Assembly (NCBI GenBank): GCA_024636855.1
Contig: JAGXGG010000064.1
Span: 26,162-90,161, forward strand
From: Ignavibacteriota bacterium
GTDB taxonomy: Bacteria > Bacteroidota > Ignavibacteria > Kapaibacteriales > UBA2268
Length of the DNA stretch: 64,000 bases
Direction: 5' to 3'
Part shown: positions 48,687 through 58,685 of the stretch, piece by piece
How the letters are laid out: the number at the start of each line of letters is the position of its first letter
Numbering within the stretch: position 1 is the first letter of the stretch
Made by a program: the position numbers and the translations under genes
The notes under the pieces: generated by a model
What the model was told of the DNA's origin: nothing
Databases searched by the model: none
What the model saw: the letters and a program-made list of their open reading frames with translations, nothing else

Positions 48687-49789
48687 TTACTCTCCGACAA
48701 TCTATTACTTATTACTTCGGCGATTCTTTCTGCAGCATTTCCATCCCAAAGGTAAGGAATACTACCATCTTTTCTATCACCACTTAAATATCTATTAACA
48801 GCTTTTTCAATATCATTCTTATTTGGTTGTACTAGTATATTAGTACCCAGTTCTATAGTACTTGGTCTTTCTGTAGTCGTTCGAATTGTGATACAATCTA
48901 CTCCTAGTGCCGTTGTCTCTTCTTGTATACCACCTGAATCTGTCATTACGAAATCACAATTTTTCATTAGATTCAGAAAATCAAGATAACCTAATGGCTC
49001 AGTAATAACTAGATTTTCAATAGATTCTAATTTTTCAGTCAAGCCAAAATTCTCAATATTCTTCTTAGTTCTTGGGTGCATAGGTATTACGACAGTTCTT
49101 CGCTTCGAAATTAGTTCGAATATATCTAATAAATCACTCATTTGCTCTTTATTATCTACATTAGAAGGTCTATGAACTGTAGAAAGAACATATCCTTTGC
49201 TAGTCAGACCCAATCTTTCTAATACATTATTTCCAGCTAGTTTTCTCAATGCAAAGTGCTGTGAGTCAATCATAGTATTCCCAACGAAGTGTATATTCTT
49301 TTCGGGATAATTTTCGTTCAATAAATTTCTTTTTCCACTCTCTTCAGTCACGAAAGCAATATCGCAAATAGAATCAGTTACTAACCTATTGATTTCCTCT
49401 GGCACTTCTCTGTCACCACTACGGAGACCTGACTCAACATGAGCAACAGGTATATGAAGCTTAACAGCTGTTAAACTACAAGCAACAGTAGAATTAACAT
49501 CACCAACCACTATTACCAAATCCGGTTTTTCCAATTCCAATATTCTCTCGAATTCAACCATAACTTTGGCTGTTTGCTGAGCATGAGTACCAGAGCCTAC
49601 ACTCAAAAAGTGCTTAGGGTGAGGCATTTCCAAATCTTGGAAAAAGGCATCACTCATATTCTTATCATAGTGCTGTCCCGTATGAACAAGAAAATGTTCT
49701 ATGTTGGGATACTTCTCAAACGCTCTGTGTATTGGTGCTACTTTCATAAAATTTGGTCTTGCACCAACCACTGATATTACTTTTTTCAT
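48683..49789 (-). CDS. wecB: UDP-N-acetylglucosamine 2-epimerase (non-hydrolysing)
   Basis: KVISVVGARPNFMKVAPI, HTGQHYD, VHVESGLRS, DSGGIQEE motifs, collinear with WecB/MnaA. Confidence 0.9.
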   Translation of the reverse strand: MKKVISVVGARPNFMKVAPIHRAFEKYPNIEHFLVHTGQHYDKNMSDAFFQDLEMPHPKHFLSVGSGTHAQQTAKVMVEFERILELEKPDLVIVVGDVNSTVACSLTAVKLHIPVAHVESGLRSGDREVPEEINRLVTDSICDIAFVTEESGKRNLLNENYPEKNIHFVGNTMIDSQHFALRKLAGNNVLERLGLTSKGYVLSTVHRPSNVDNKEQMSDLLDIFELISKRRTVVIPMHPRTKKNIENFGLTEKLESIENLVITEPLGYLDFLNLMKNCDFVMTDSGGIQEETTALGVDCITIRTTTERPSTIELGTNILVQPNKNDIEKAVNRYLSGDRKDGSIPYLWDGNAAERIAEVISNRLSESK

Positions 49790-50796
49790 CTATCGCTGTA
49801 ATTTGATTTATAATAATCTCTATACTCGCCCGAAATAACTCTTTCCACCCAATCCATATTATCCAAGTACCAATCGATCGTCAACTTCAATCCATTTTCG
49901 AAATCATATTTTGGTGTCCACCCCAATTCAGAAGATATCTTGGTATTATCCATAGCGTATCTCTTATCGTGACCAGGGCGGTCTTTAACATATTTAATCA
50001 GTGATTCTGGTTTATTAAGATAGCTTAATATCTGCTTAACTATTTCTATATTCGGCATTTCATTTTCTGCACCGATATTGTAAACTTGACCTACTCTCCC
50101 ATTCTCATATACTTCTAGTATAGCTTGGCAATGGTCATCAACATATATCCAATCCCTAACGTTCTTACCATCACCATAAACCGGTAAATCCTTATCGCTA
50201 AGAGCGTTCATTATCATCAGTGGTATTAGCTTCTCAGGGAATTGGTAAGGGCCGTAATTATTAGAACATCTTGTTATCAATGCAGGAAATTCAAATGTCT
50301 TATAGTAAGAACGAACGAAATTATCGGCAGCTGTCTTAGAGGCAGAATATGGTGAATTTGGTTTCAAATTAGTCTTTTCAGTGAATTTACCAGTAGCTCC
50401 TAGTGAACCATAGACCTCATCAGTTGATACCTGTAAGTATCTTTCTACATTATGCTTTTTCGAGTAATCAAGAAGGTTGACAGTACCAAAAACGTTTGTA
50501 CTGACAAATGGTGACGAGTCCATAATAGAGCGATCTACATGCGACTCAGCAGCAAAATTAATAACACCATCGAATTTATGTTCGTTGAACACTCCTTCTA
50601 AATCTGTTTTACTCTCTATATTTCCTTTCACAAAGGTATGATTAGGATTATCTTTGAGAGAAGCTAGATTCTCCAAATTACCGGCATAAGTTAGTGCGTC
50701 GAAACTAACAACTTCGTAGTCGCCACTATTTAGCATTAGCTTAACAAAGCTACTACCAATAAATCCCGCACTTCCAGTTACTAATATTTTCTTCAT
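49786..50796 (-). CDS. rfbB: dTDP-glucose 4,6-dehydratase
   Basis: KKILVTGSAGFIGS NAD-binding fold, YSASK catalytic motif and the DRPGHDKRYAMD C-terminal motif. Confidence 0.9.
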   Translation of the reverse strand: MKKILVTGSAGFIGSSFVKLMLNSGDYEVVSFDALTYAGNLENLASLKDNPNHTFVKGNIESKTDLEGVFNEHKFDGVINFAAESHVDRSIMDSSPFVSTNVFGTVNLLDYSKKHNVERYLQVSTDEVYGSLGATGKFTEKTNLKPNSPYSASKTAADNFVRSYYKTFEFPALITRCSNNYGPYQFPEKLIPLMIMNALSDKDLPVYGDGKNVRDWIYVDDHCQAILEVYENGRVGQVYNIGAENEMPNIEIVKQILSYLNKPESLIKYVKDRPGHDKRYAMDNTKISSELGWTPKYDFENGLKLTIDWYLDNMDWVERVISGEYRDYYKSNYSDR

Positions 50797-50805
50797 AGTA
50801 TATTA

Positions 50806-52350
50806 CTAATTATTGTTTGGTTGAGCATCCATATTGTTTGACCTACCGCTTAGTATCATAGTAGCGGCAGCTAATGAAGCAAGTGAATTAGAATAAGTTA
50901 ACACAGATACATCTGATCTAATCTCGTCTGCTAAATATGGATTGCCAAAATAAACTGTTATAATTGGTTTACCCATTGCTATTTTCTTCATAATTGCACT
51001 GATTTTTTCCGAAGTTCCTATATCACCTACATAAGACCTGCTTCTGTGAAATACAGCGAATAGAATTATATCAGCATCATCTGTACCAAGTTTCATTTGT
51101 TCCAAATCTTCTTCACTTATTTCTTCATTGATATATGCGAAATCGCAATCATTTTCGAGTGCTTGCTGCATAAAATTGAAGAACATACTTGCCGGTCCGA
51201 AATCATCTTCTTTCTGCAAAAAAGCGAAACCCGCATATTGCATACCTTCTTGAATCGGTATAACGTTATTTTCTATTTTAAGTTCAACACTTTCTCGAGC
51301 TAGCTCAAGTGCTATTTTCTCATGTTCCATGAAGTGATCTTTGAAATCTTCATCTATACTTGAAGGATTCATAGCTCCAACAAAGTTCATTTCTTTTTTT
51401 AGCTTTCTATAAGATTCATTTAGATGTTCTTTCAAATCTGAATTCTTAGCTATTTCCGCTGATAATTCTTCTATGGCATCGAATGGATTCTCTGGTATCA
51501 GAGCAATATCTCCACCAGCTTCGAAGAATTTAATTGTTGCTTCTCCAGATTTATAATGATTAGCAATAGATTTCATTTCTAATGCATCACTTATAATTAG
51601 CCCTTCAAACCCTAGCTTTTCTTTCAATAATTTAGTTATTACATTGTGTGATAATGTAGCTGGAATCTTATCTTCATCCATCGCCTTCACCCATAAGTGA
51701 CCAATCATAATAGATTTGATACCATTTTTTATATTATTAATAAATGGCTTTAGCTCAATCTGAAATTCCTCACCAGTTTTCTCTAATATAGGCAAATCTA
51801 AATGTGAATCTACTTCAGTATCACCATGACCAGGGAAATGCTTACCACAAGCCAACACTTTCTCATTTTGTGTAGCTTTCATATAGTACACAGAGTGCTG
51901 AGATACAGTCAGGTCATCTTCACCGAAAGCACGAATATTTATTATCGGATTCTTCGGATTTGAGTTTATATCGCAAACTGGCGCTAAGTTCCAATCTATA
52001 CCCAATAGCTTCGCTTCTTTAGCTATGAACTTGGCAGCTATTCCTGATTTAGTCGGATCTTCAGTTCTACCTAGTGCCATTGCATGAGGAAATCCTGTTC
52101 CACCCAAAAACCTCATAGGAAGACCATACTCCAAATCAGCACTGAATATTAGAGGCTGTTCCGCAATAGCTTTCAGTTCCGTAATCATATTTTTAACTTG
52201 ATTAACTTCACCACCGAATATACAAAACCCACTAACCCCGTATTCTATCAGCTTATGGATTATTTTCTTATAATCTTCTTGCTCATAGTAGTAGGGTGTA
52301 TTCAATCTAGGAATTACACATCTTGCCGCTATTTTTATATTTGATTCCAT
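50806..52350 (-). CDS. Glycoside hydrolase family 3 beta-N-acetylhexosaminidase-like
   Basis: KHFPGHGDTEVDSHLDLP (the GH3/NagZ KHFPGHG motif) and the upstream region (AIAEQPLIFSADLEYG). Confidence 0.8.
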   Translation of the reverse strand: MESNIKIAARCVIPRLNTPYYYEQEDYKKIIHKLIEYGVSGFCIFGGEVNQVKNMITELKAIAEQPLIFSADLEYGLPMRFLGGTGFPHAMALGRTEDPTKSGIAAKFIAKEAKLLGIDWNLAPVCDINSNPKNPIINIRAFGEDDLTVSQHSVYYMKATQNEKVLACGKHFPGHGDTEVDSHLDLPILEKTGEEFQIELKPFINNIKNGIKSIMIGHLWVKAMDEDKIPATLSHNVITKLLKEKLGFEGLIISDALEMKSIANHYKSGEATIKFFEAGGDIALIPENPFDAIEELSAEIAKNSDLKEHLNESYRKLKKEMNFVGAMNPSSIDEDFKDHFMEHEKIALELARESVELKIENNVIPIQEGMQYAGFAFLQKEDDFGPASMFFNFMQQALENDCDFAYINEEISEEDLEQMKLGTDDADIILFAVFHRSRSYVGDIGTSEKISAIMKKIAMGKPIITVYFGNPYLADEIRSDVSVLTYSNSLASLAAATMILSGRSNNMDAQPNNN

Positions 52351-52781
52351 TACTTTTCGTAGTTATTTATCTTTTCTCTTACAAAATCCGGTATTGTTAC
52401 CGGCTTACCATTTTTCGTATCTACATATACTAATATAGATTTAGCTTCTAATATCAGTTTATCATCTGAGTAAACTTGATTTATAAATGTAATAGAGCTA
52501 TCCCCTATTTTGCTTACTTTCGTCAGTACAGTATATCTATCAGTAAATTTCATAGAGTTATAGTAATCTACTTCGCTATGAACAGTCATAATTGGCATTC
52601 GTATAGAAAAAATACTATCGTCACGAGGCATACCAATATCAAACAAATACTGAGTTCTAGCCCACTCTAGCCAATATAAATACGCCAAGTTGTGAACTAC
52701 ATTGAACGAATCTACTTCGCTGAATTTTACTTCACCTGTATATTCGTGTCTGAACTCTTCTTTTTTGTAGTTTGTTTCCAT
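52350..52781 (-). CDS. Acyl-CoA thioesterase (hotdog fold, YbgC/4HBT-like)
   Basis: Size and pattern of 4HBT hotdog proteins (FSEVDSFNVVHNLAYLYWLEWART). Start placed at the internal METNYKK (ATG at 52781), which leaves a 2-nt gap to the threonine aldolase stop instead of a 25-nt overlap. Confidence 0.55.
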   Translation of the reverse strand: METNYKKEEFRHEYTGEVKFSEVDSFNVVHNLAYLYWLEWARTQYLFDIGMPRDDSIFSIRMPIMTVHSEVDYYNSMKFTDRYTVLTKVSKIGDSSITFINQVYSDDKLILEAKSILVYVDTKNGKPVTIPDFVREKINNYEK

Positions 52782-52783
52782 AA

Positions 52784-53818
52784 TTATTGAGCTAATAGTA
52801 AGACGCAATCAGTTGTTAATTTAACAGCTTCTTTAGTCTCTTGCTCACTTATCTGGAAGTGGAATACAACTCTGATAGTGTTCTGACCTATCTCACTGCA
52901 TAGCATTCCCTTTTCTTTTGCCTTCTCAACGAAGTCAGCAGCTTTGATTTGTGGAGCTAATTTGAAATTCACGATATTCGTTTGTACACGAGTCAAATCA
53001 ACAGCTATGAGTGGTGATTCCATAACTTTTTGAGCAAAGTACTTCGCCTTAACGTGGTCACCTTTTAAATGCTTTATATGATGCTTAACAGCGTGAAGTC
53101 CACCAGCTGCTATTATACCCGCTTGACGCATACCGCCACCTAGCATTTTTCTGAATTTCCTACCACGATTAACATGCTCCCATGTACCAACTAGAACAGA
53201 GCCTACAGGTGCACCAAGCCCCTTAGATAAACAAACCGAAACAGTATCGAATGGCTCTGCATATTTCTCGAGAGCTATACCAGTCTCAGCGTGAGCATTC
53301 CATAGTCGTGCACCATCTAAGTGCATTTTAATCTCGTGTTGGTCAGCCAAATCTTTAACTTGTTGCGTATAAGCAACATCAAGCAAAGTCCCACCATGTC
53401 TATTATGCGAATTTTCTAGAGCAATCAATGAAGATCGTGAATTATAATAAATATTCGGTCGAATAGCAGCTTCTATATCTTCAATTGCAGGGCTACCATA
53501 ATCAGAAGGAATACAACGACACATAACACCTGAAATAACAGCAGGTGCTCCAGTCTCATAGTGGAATATGTGAGCATCAGCATCCATAATTACTTCATGA
53601 CCGGGTTTAGTATGTAGTTTAATTGCAATCTGATTAGCCATAACACCAGAAGGTACAAAAAGTCCAGCTTCTTTACCTAATAGGTTTGAGACTGCTCTCT
53701 CTAATTCTTTTACTGTGGGGTCTTCTTTGTAAACGTCGTCTCCAACTTCAGCTTCAGCCATGGCTTTACGCATTTCGTCGGTTGGTTTGGTTACGGTATC
53801 GCTTCTTAAATCAATCAT
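52784..53818 (-). CDS. ltaE: Low-specificity L-threonine aldolase
   Basis: [14 protein letters not shown]-terminal signature and the PLP-lysine region ([13 protein letters not shown]). Confidence 0.9.
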   Translation of the reverse strand: MIDLRSDTVTKPTDEMRKAMAEAEVGDDVYKEDPTVKELERAVSNLLGKEAGLFVPSGVMANQIAIKLHTKPGHEVIMDADAHIFHYETGAPAVISGVMCRCIPSDYGSPAIEDIEAAIRPNIYYNSRSSLIALENSHNRHGGTLLDVAYTQQVKDLADQHEIKMHLDGARLWNAHAETGIALEKYAEPFDTVSVCLSKGLGAPVGSVLVGTWEHVNRGRKFRKMLGGGMRQAGIIAAGGLHAVKHHIKHLKGDHVKAKYFAQKVMESPLIAVDLTRVQTNIVNFKLAPQIKAADFVEKAKEKGMLCSEIGQNTIRVVFHFQISEQETKEAVKLTTDCVLLLAQ

Positions 53819-53905
53819 AATTCTTTTTCTTTCATTTAGTTAAAATATATAACTACAAAGATAAAGAATATGGTTGTTAAATTGAATTTTTAGGATAGTT
53901 TGTGG

Positions 53906-54568
53906 TTAATTCAAGAACCCAAGAAAAGATTGTCCAGATAATCCATATAAATACTCTCCAACAAGCATCACTAATCCGACCGAGATGGGAATAGATAAAT
54001 TATCATCTATTTTTATTACTTTAGAAACGGCCTCAACAAATCCACCTATAACCGCAGCTATGATACCTATCACAAGATAACTGAAAGGCAGATTGAACAT
54101 ATTGTAGTAAATAAAGATAATAGCAATTGCAGAAACGATGAAAGAAATAGTCCCTTCCCACGACTTATCAAAGAATCCATGCTTACCGAAACGGCGTCCA
54201 ATAAGTGCTGCACAAATATCTGAGATAATTAGAATAGTAAAGCCAGTAATCGTAATGATTTTAGGGAAAGCGAGGACACAAATTGTCGCTGATATGAGTA
54301 CCCAAGTAGCTCCGTTGAAAAAACCTTTACCTTTCTTTTCATGAGGCCTGAGCATCTGACCAAAGTATTTCAAAAGCAAATTGACGAAAAACTGCACTTT
54401 TTTAGACAGTATATCGAATATTACAAATAAGATAGTAGCAGGAATAAGGAAGCTCAACATATTTTCACGAGTGAAGAAAATGTAGCTAATCGGAATAGAA
54501 AGAGAAGCTAAATGAATACCTTTTCTTAGAATTTCCTGCTTATAACTTATATTGCTTTCATTTGACAT
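53906..54568 (-). CDS. CTP-dependent polyprenol/dolichol-kinase-like (CTP_transf_1 superfamily) membrane protein
   Basis: Multi-TM protein with ISDICAALIGRRFGKHGFFDKSWEGTISF, which resembles the conserved cytidylyltransferase/dolichol-kinase C-terminal motif. Confidence 0.55.
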   Translation of the reverse strand: MSNESNISYKQEILRKGIHLASLSIPISYIFFTRENMLSFLIPATILFVIFDILSKKVQFFVNLLLKYFGQMLRPHEKKGKGFFNGATWVLISATICVLAFPKIITITGFTILIISDICAALIGRRFGKHGFFDKSWEGTISFIVSAIAIIFIYYNMFNLPFSYLVIGIIAAVIGGFVEAVSKVIKIDDNLSIPISVGLVMLVGEYLYGLSGQSFLGFLN

Positions 54569-54589
54569 ACAAAACAAAAATAGAATAAA

Positions 54590-55429
54590 ATGAAAATTAA
54601 AAAAAATGCTAACGCAAAAATTAACATCGGTTTAGAGATATTAAACAAAAGAAGTGATGATTACCATAACCTCAACACCGTTTTTTATTCTCTCCACAAT
54701 TTGTATGATGAGCTCATATTTGAACGAAATAACGATGAAAAAGTTAAAATCGACTCAAATATTCCCGAATTAAATACAAAAGATAACTTAATTTACACAG
54801 CAATTCGTAAAATAGAGCGAAAAGTTAATAAGAAAATTGGTGTCAATATTAATTTGACTAAAAATATACCAATGGGAGCCGGATTAGGTGGAGGAAGCAG
54901 CGATGCTGCTTGTACTATCAATGCGATTGATCAGATATACGAACTTGGGCTCAGTTATAATGACAAGTTAATACTTGCTCAAGCTGTTGGCTCTGATGTA
55001 CCATTCTTCTTACAAGGCGGAGCTGCGATAGGAAGAAGCAGAGGCGAATCTTTAACTTTCTTCGATTACACTGTCCCTTTTCAAATTGTAATAGTATCAC
55101 CCAATATTCATGTTTCTACTCCCGCAGCTTATGGTGAGCTTAATAGAGATTCTACTCCAAGACAAATGGTTGACTTCAAGCAAATACTTGATAAAGCGAA
55201 TGATAATCCCTCGCTTATGAGAAGCATGATATTCAATGAATTTGAGAAACCAATATTCGCAAAGCATCCAGAAATAAAAGAAATCAAGCATAAACTTTAC
55301 GAACATGGTGCTATTTTCTCTCTAATGTCTGGAAGTGGTTCATCAGTATTTGGTATGTTTGAAAGTGAGTTTGATGTAGAAAAATTAAAAGATGTATTCC
55401 CTGATTATAAAGTGATGAAAGCAAACTGA
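54590..55429 (+). CDS. ispE: 4-(cytidine 5'-diphospho)-2-C-methyl-D-erythritol kinase
   Basis: KINIGLEILNKRSDDYHNL and the GHMP kinase motif PMGAGLGGGSSDAA. Confidence 0.9.
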   Translation: MKIKKNANAKINIGLEILNKRSDDYHNLNTVFYSLHNLYDELIFERNNDEKVKIDSNIPELNTKDNLIYTAIRKIERKVNKKIGVNINLTKNIPMGAGLGGGSSDAACTINAIDQIYELGLSYNDKLILAQAVGSDVPFFLQGGAAIGRSRGESLTFFDYTVPFQIVIVSPNIHVSTPAAYGELNRDSTPRQMVDFKQILDKANDNPSLMRSMIFNEFEKPIFAKHPEIKEIKHKLYEHGAIFSLMSGSGSSVFGMFESEFDVEKLKDVFPDYKVMKAN

Positions 55430-55485
55430 AATTAGAAAATAAAATAGCACTCAAATATATTTTCACAAGCAAAGATATTAGCTTC

Positions 55486-56610
55486 GTGAAGATAATTAAC
55501 CTATTAGCAACACTCGGGATAACGATAGGTGTGGCATCTATTATATTTGTAGTATCCATACTTAGTGGGTTTCAGGTGATGAACTACGAACAGATACTCG
55601 GCTATGATCCCCACGTTCGGGTGAAGTTAAGTGGCAAAAGTGATATAGATAAATCTCTTATAAACTATGTTCGAGAATCAAAAGATATGAGAGACTTTGC
55701 TCTAACTACTGAAAAGAAATCAGCACTAAGAGTGAAAGATAATTTCAAAGTGGCTCGCCTACTTTATATAAACCCGATGAGTAAGAATTATCTGGATGGG
55801 TTGAACCAATCGCTATTATTTGGGAAATTGCAACCAAACTCCAAAAACCTTATAATGGGTTCCAAATTAGCAGAAGGTCTAGATATAACTAGAGGCGATG
55901 AAGTAGAGCTAATAACTCCCGAAGCACTAGAGAAATCGGCCCGTATGTTCCGACAATTGGACGGCTCGAAATATGTCGTAAGTGGGATATTCTACAGTAG
56001 CGTAAAGGACTATGACGAAAAGCAGATATACATATATGACAAAAGCCCTAAGAAAGACTTCATCGATATTAAGTTAACGGATTACGACCTGACGGACGAG
56101 TATGTAACGAAACTCCAAACATCATATAAAGACTTAGTTATATTCACTTGGAAAGATTTGAATTCTGATTTTTATAGGATAATGCAATTCGAGAAAGTGA
56201 TGACAATAGTAGTCCTATTCTTGATTATACTAATCTCAGCATTCAACATATTAGCCTCACTCTCGATGACAGTAGTACAGAAGAAAAAGGATATATCAAT
56301 ACTCCGAACTCTAGGAATGTCAAAAAACAGAATAGTCGCAATATTCAGAAATGAAGGTATATTCATAGGGGTAATAGGCACTATACTCGGCACAACTATT
56401 GGGCTCATATTAACTTATTTGCAAGACACAGCCGGGCTAATTATGTTCGGAAAAGGAATAACGATACAATCGGCATTCCCTATCAGCTATGAGTACGAGG
56501 TCTATGTTGCAATCGTTGTAGTCTCGATACTACTATCTTGGGGAGCAACCTATCTACCAACCAAACGAATATCAAAAATAGATATACTAGATGGAATTAG
56601 GGAAGAGTAA
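55486..56610 (+). CDS. FtsX-domain ABC transporter permease (LolC/E-like lipoprotein-release type)
   Basis: N-terminal TM helix (LLATLGITIGVASIIFVVSILSGF) and a large periplasmic loop. The C-terminal FtsX domain has three TM helices (ILRTLGMSKNRIVAIFRNEGIFIGVIGTILG...). GTG start; see findings for the N-terminal ambiguity. Confidence 0.8.
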   Translation: MKIINLLATLGITIGVASIIFVVSILSGFQVMNYEQILGYDPHVRVKLSGKSDIDKSLINYVRESKDMRDFALTTEKKSALRVKDNFKVARLLYINPMSKNYLDGLNQSLLFGKLQPNSKNLIMGSKLAEGLDITRGDEVELITPEALEKSARMFRQLDGSKYVVSGIFYSSVKDYDEKQIYIYDKSPKKDFIDIKLTDYDLTDEYVTKLQTSYKDLVIFTWKDLNSDFYRIMQFEKVMTIVVLFLIILISAFNILASLSMTVVQKKKDISILRTLGMSKNRIVAIFRNEGIFIGVIGTILGTTIGLILTYLQDTAGLIMFGKGITIQSAFPISYEYEVYVAIVVVSILLSWGATYLPTKRISKIDILDGIREE

Positions 56611-56990
56611 AAAGGGGAGAGAAGTAGTATTAGCCAAATCGTATATAGTGTTTTCATATTTAACTTTATAGGTTTTAGTAATCATTTATACTTTTTGTTT
56701 CGAACCTTTTGAGTTCTTCTGTTAATGTTAATATCCTGTTATTCTCATTTTTATCTATATTCAAAACCATTAATATGGTGGTAAAATTGATAAATATTCC
56801 CTCTACATTCATTACAAATAGAAATAATTAGCAGAAAATTTGGTTGACCTAAAAAAGGGAGACTTGTTCTATTCTTATTGTAACTTCTAAATGTATCTTT
56901 TGCTTCTTCAGGTTCAATAGAATCTATATCCCACTCTACTAGTTTAAATTTCCAATGTTTTGAGGTTGATTTAATAGAATCAGAAACAAC

Positions 56991-57120
56991 TTTCCAAACT
57001 GGATCATTTTCCTCAAAATAAATAGATCCTTGATTTAATGGGTAAGTGAATATTGATTCGACTTCACCTTCAATTCTACTCCACCACAAACTTATATCTT
57101 TCTGCTATTCCGTTCTTATA
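56991..57120. repeat. 130-nt near-identical block (copy 1) at the 3' end/3' flank of a BNR paralog; first unit boundary of a ~1.56-kb tandem duplication
   Basis: Matches 58552-58685 with a single mismatch (cttatAtctt vs cttatGtctt), while flanking sequence is only about 75% identical. Confidence 0.85.
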
Positions 57121-58434
57121 ACCAATTTGTAGGAAGTAAACGCCCGTCGTCAAGTCATTATCTGGCTTGAAACTTAGTAATTGCTTTGTTGAATTTTTCA
57201 AGTCTAACAGATAGGTACTTATCTTTCGTCCTGTTATATCAATAATTGATAATTCTACCTCCCCTAAGAAGGTTGGTATAAACTCTATGCTCAATGTTTC
57301 ATTCTTAGAGAGTGGATTTGGGTATAGTTTAGCGGTTGGCTTTGAATCTTGAGTCCAATCTTCTTCTATACTAAGGATAGGGTCAGTCCATTTGGAGACT
57401 TCACCTGCTCTATCAACAGCTAATATCTCCCCACTAGATAAATAAGCATAGTCATCAGGTGAATCAGGTAAATCAAAAGTCCCGTAATCCCTTTGCCAAG
57501 TTCTACCGCCGTCCGATGTTCTCAATAACTTTGAGAACCCAGGAGAAAAAGTAATTCCATCATTGTCATTAATAAATTCTACTTCCCATAATATACTACT
57601 AGGTGAAGATAGAGTATCTAAAACCACTTCCCAACTATAGCCACCGTCTGTTGATATTTGTATTATGTCTCTGTAGGTTGATGCATTCGGTTTGGTTTGC
57701 TCTGAACCAACTGCGATTATATTTCCATTCGATAATTGGGTGTAACCATTCATTCTTTTCTGTAGAATTGAACTAACTTCCCATGTTTTACCTAAGTCTC
57801 TAGATAGTATAGTGAACAGTTTATTATCTTCATGATATGGTTTTACAATATAGTATCCTGCTCCAAATATTAATCCATTATCTGTAATAATAAGATCATC
57901 ATATACAGATTTATTAATCAAAGTATCAGTTTCACTTTTTATTTCAATAGTCTCAAAAGTCTTACCCCAATTCTTTGTTAAGTATAAATCATAAATACTT
58001 GTAACTCCATATCCTTTAGAATTAAAGTTTATATATCTATTAATACCACCTTCTAAGCCATCTATAATGCTATCTTGATACCAATTATCACCTCCATCAG
58101 ATGTGTACCAATATAATGTACCTTCATTCATTACAAAAGCGTGGTCTTTAGTCATATATTTAAAATCATTCATTCTTCGAGGATGATATATAACCTTTCC
58201 ATTTTCATCTTTTCTAACAGAGTCTTCTAATGCGATTTCCCAAGTTTCTCCCCTATCAGTGGATTTGAAAACATGGGGGATAATCCCACCAACGTTTCCT
58301 GATATCATTACATTATTATTAAAGACTTCGATTTTGGGACTAATTAAACTCGTTCCCAAATTACTTAAATTAGTCCACTCACCACAAAAAAGTGGTGAGC
58401 AGAACATAAATGTTATTAATATTAGTTTTTTCAT
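57076..58434 (-). CDS. BNR/Asp-box beta-propeller protein with T9SS C-terminal sorting domain (tandem paralog 1)
   Basis: Signal peptide. Asp-box repeats (KSTDRGETW, YTSDGGDNW, SRDLGKTW, STDGGYSW, RTSDGGRTW). C-terminus KLYPNPLSKNETLSIEF...GVYFLQIGYKNGIAERYKFVVE is a T9SS CTD. Confidence 0.85.
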   Translation of the reverse strand: MKKLILITFMFCSPLFCGEWTNLSNLGTSLISPKIEVFNNNVMISGNVGGIIPHVFKSTDRGETWEIALEDSVRKDENGKVIYHPRRMNDFKYMTKDHAFVMNEGTLYWYTSDGGDNWYQDSIIDGLEGGINRYINFNSKGYGVTSIYDLYLTKNWGKTFETIEIKSETDTLINKSVYDDLIITDNGLIFGAGYYIVKPYHEDNKLFTILSRDLGKTWEVSSILQKRMNGYTQLSNGNIIAVGSEQTKPNASTYRDIIQISTDGGYSWEVVLDTLSSPSSILWEVEFINDNDGITFSPGFSKLLRTSDGGRTWQRDYGTFDLPDSPDDYAYLSSGEILAVDRAGEVSKWTDPILSIEEDWTQDSKPTAKLYPNPLSKNETLSIEFIPTFLGEVELSIIDITGRKISTYLLDLKNSTKQLLSFKPDNDLTTGVYFLQIGYKNGIAERYKFVVE

Positions 58435-58551
58435 TTTTCTAAATATATTTTATAGATTTTTAAAACATTATTACCATCTTTTAAAGTTATAAAGTATGTT
58501 CCCTTAACTAAGTGCTGATATATTATAGGGAGTGTATTCTCATTTCCTACT

Positions 58552-58685
58552 AACTTTCCAAACTGGATCATTTTCCTCAAAATAAATAGATCCTTGATTT
58601 AATGGGTAAGTGAATATTGATTCGACTTCACCTTCAATTCTACTCCACCACAAACTTATGTCTTTCTGCTATTCCGTTCTTATAG
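58552..58685. repeat. 130-nt near-identical block (copy 2) at the 3' end/3' flank of the second BNR paralog
   Basis: See 56991-57120. The boundary coincides with the end of a degenerate copy (58435-58551) of the 3' end of gene 59998-61587. Confidence 0.85.

Noticed and set aside
56751-57089. 112-aa minus-strand ORF in the ORF track (TTG start overlapping the BNR paralog 1 stop)
   Set aside because: It contains no ATG anywhere and its putative TTG start lies inside the preceding gene's last codons. Its first 30 codons are simply the 85-nt conserved 3' flank shared by both BNR paralogs. Interpreted as non-coding 3' flank or a decayed remnant, not a gene.
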